From Gordius albopunctatus (taxonomy: Eukaryota), in contig OZ193909.1 in assembly GCA_964276515.1 (NCBI GenBank), positions 12,958,001 to 13,022,000 on the forward strand: a stretch of 64,000 nucleotides of DNA, given 5' to 3'. A model generated the notes under the pieces. The model was not told the origin of the DNA and did not search any database. It saw only the letters and a program-made list of their open reading frames with translations. The translations under genes were made by a program, and so were the position numbers. Position 1 is the first letter of the stretch. Each line of letters opens with the position of its first letter. Positions 63,233 through 64,000 of the stretch are shown here, in pieces.

Positions 63233-63845
63233 ATTTAGCCCACTTCACTCCACTAGACTGCGCCCGCTCGCTTATTTTCTATACTGTTTCTATAGCCATT
63301 TATATACTTTTCATGTACAAATCATGGGGTTAAATCATGTTGTGATCGATTCTTTTACTATGTATGTATCACTTCCACGCTCCCTAGCCTTGGATACCTC
63401 GCTTAGAAATGTCTTATTTTATACACTAATAAATACGCTTTTTTAAAATGCGAGGGGCACGTCGGTTATATTGTTCATAATTTTTAAGCTATTTTTAAGG
63501 ACGTTTTTGGTGATTATCGTTATTTTTAATTATGAATTCTAAGTAACCCTATCTTTTTAGCCATTTTGCTTAAGTTTCTTAGGATTAAGCACATATAGCT
63601 TTGTATTTTAAGAACACATTCTGACCATAAAATTTATTTCAATTATATATAATTTTTTTATCGCCTAACGCACGACCTTTTATTCGCTTTCTAGTAACTT
63701 ATAGTACTTACCCAGCAACCATTCACTGAACTTAGCCTAAAGAATAGAATTTGTTTATGGTCAGCTTATATAATGGAGTCTCAATCTTACAACATATTTC
63801 CTAGAATTTTATTGGTGTCTATTCATCATTATTATCTATTTTCGA

Positions 63846-63995
63846 TTAACTACTGCTTATTTTGAGACGACTCGGACAACTATCTCTAACATTTTTGTCG
63901 TCAGCTAACCACATTCCCGTTTTCCTTAATTCCATCCACGTGAATATTGCTATAGTGATTACTATAAAGGCTCCTACAATTGCAATTGGCCACAT
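63846..63995 (-). CDS. possible terminal exon (or small ORF) of a membrane protein running off the window
   Basis: AACAG acceptor, then MWPIAIVGAFIVITIAIFTWMELRKTG...SSS*: one TM-like helix followed by basic residues. Upstream context is outside the window. Confidence 0.3.
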   Translation of the reverse strand: MWPIAIVGAFIVITIAIFTWMELRKTGMWLADDKNVRDSCPSRLKISSS

Positions 63996-64000
63996 CTGTT

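Overview
AT-rich animal (invertebrate-type) nuclear DNA; the species cannot be identified from sequence alone. Two conserved host genes can be rebuilt exon by exon with consistent splice phases. One is a 21-exon exocyst subunit Sec6/EXOC3 on the minus strand (37071-21613, about 833 aa), whose first three introns are only 39, 37 and 32 nt. The other is a 5-exon SCAR/WAVE on the plus strand (56150-63232, 569 aa) with an unusually long V-to-C linker and no obvious basic region. Three short orphan coding candidates and one decayed spliced ORF are also present. By hand count roughly 45-50% of the window is transposon-derived: two near-complete Ty3/gypsy LTR elements (Mag-like and CsRn1-like) and two gypsy remnants, many hAT-type non-autonomous elements with 8-bp target-site duplications (TSDs; some nested), three pogo-type elements, non-autonomous Helitrons, RTE LINEs and a CRE-type fragment. 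The most unusual signals are: two copies of a minimal type I hammerhead ribozyme (one captured at the deletion junction of a pogo MITE), the mini-introns, a young LTR element 32 bp from the putative EXOC3 start codon, and an RT-less but otherwise full-length RTE element. Nothing here can be shown from sequence alone to be a wholly new system. All calls were made by eye with no database search.
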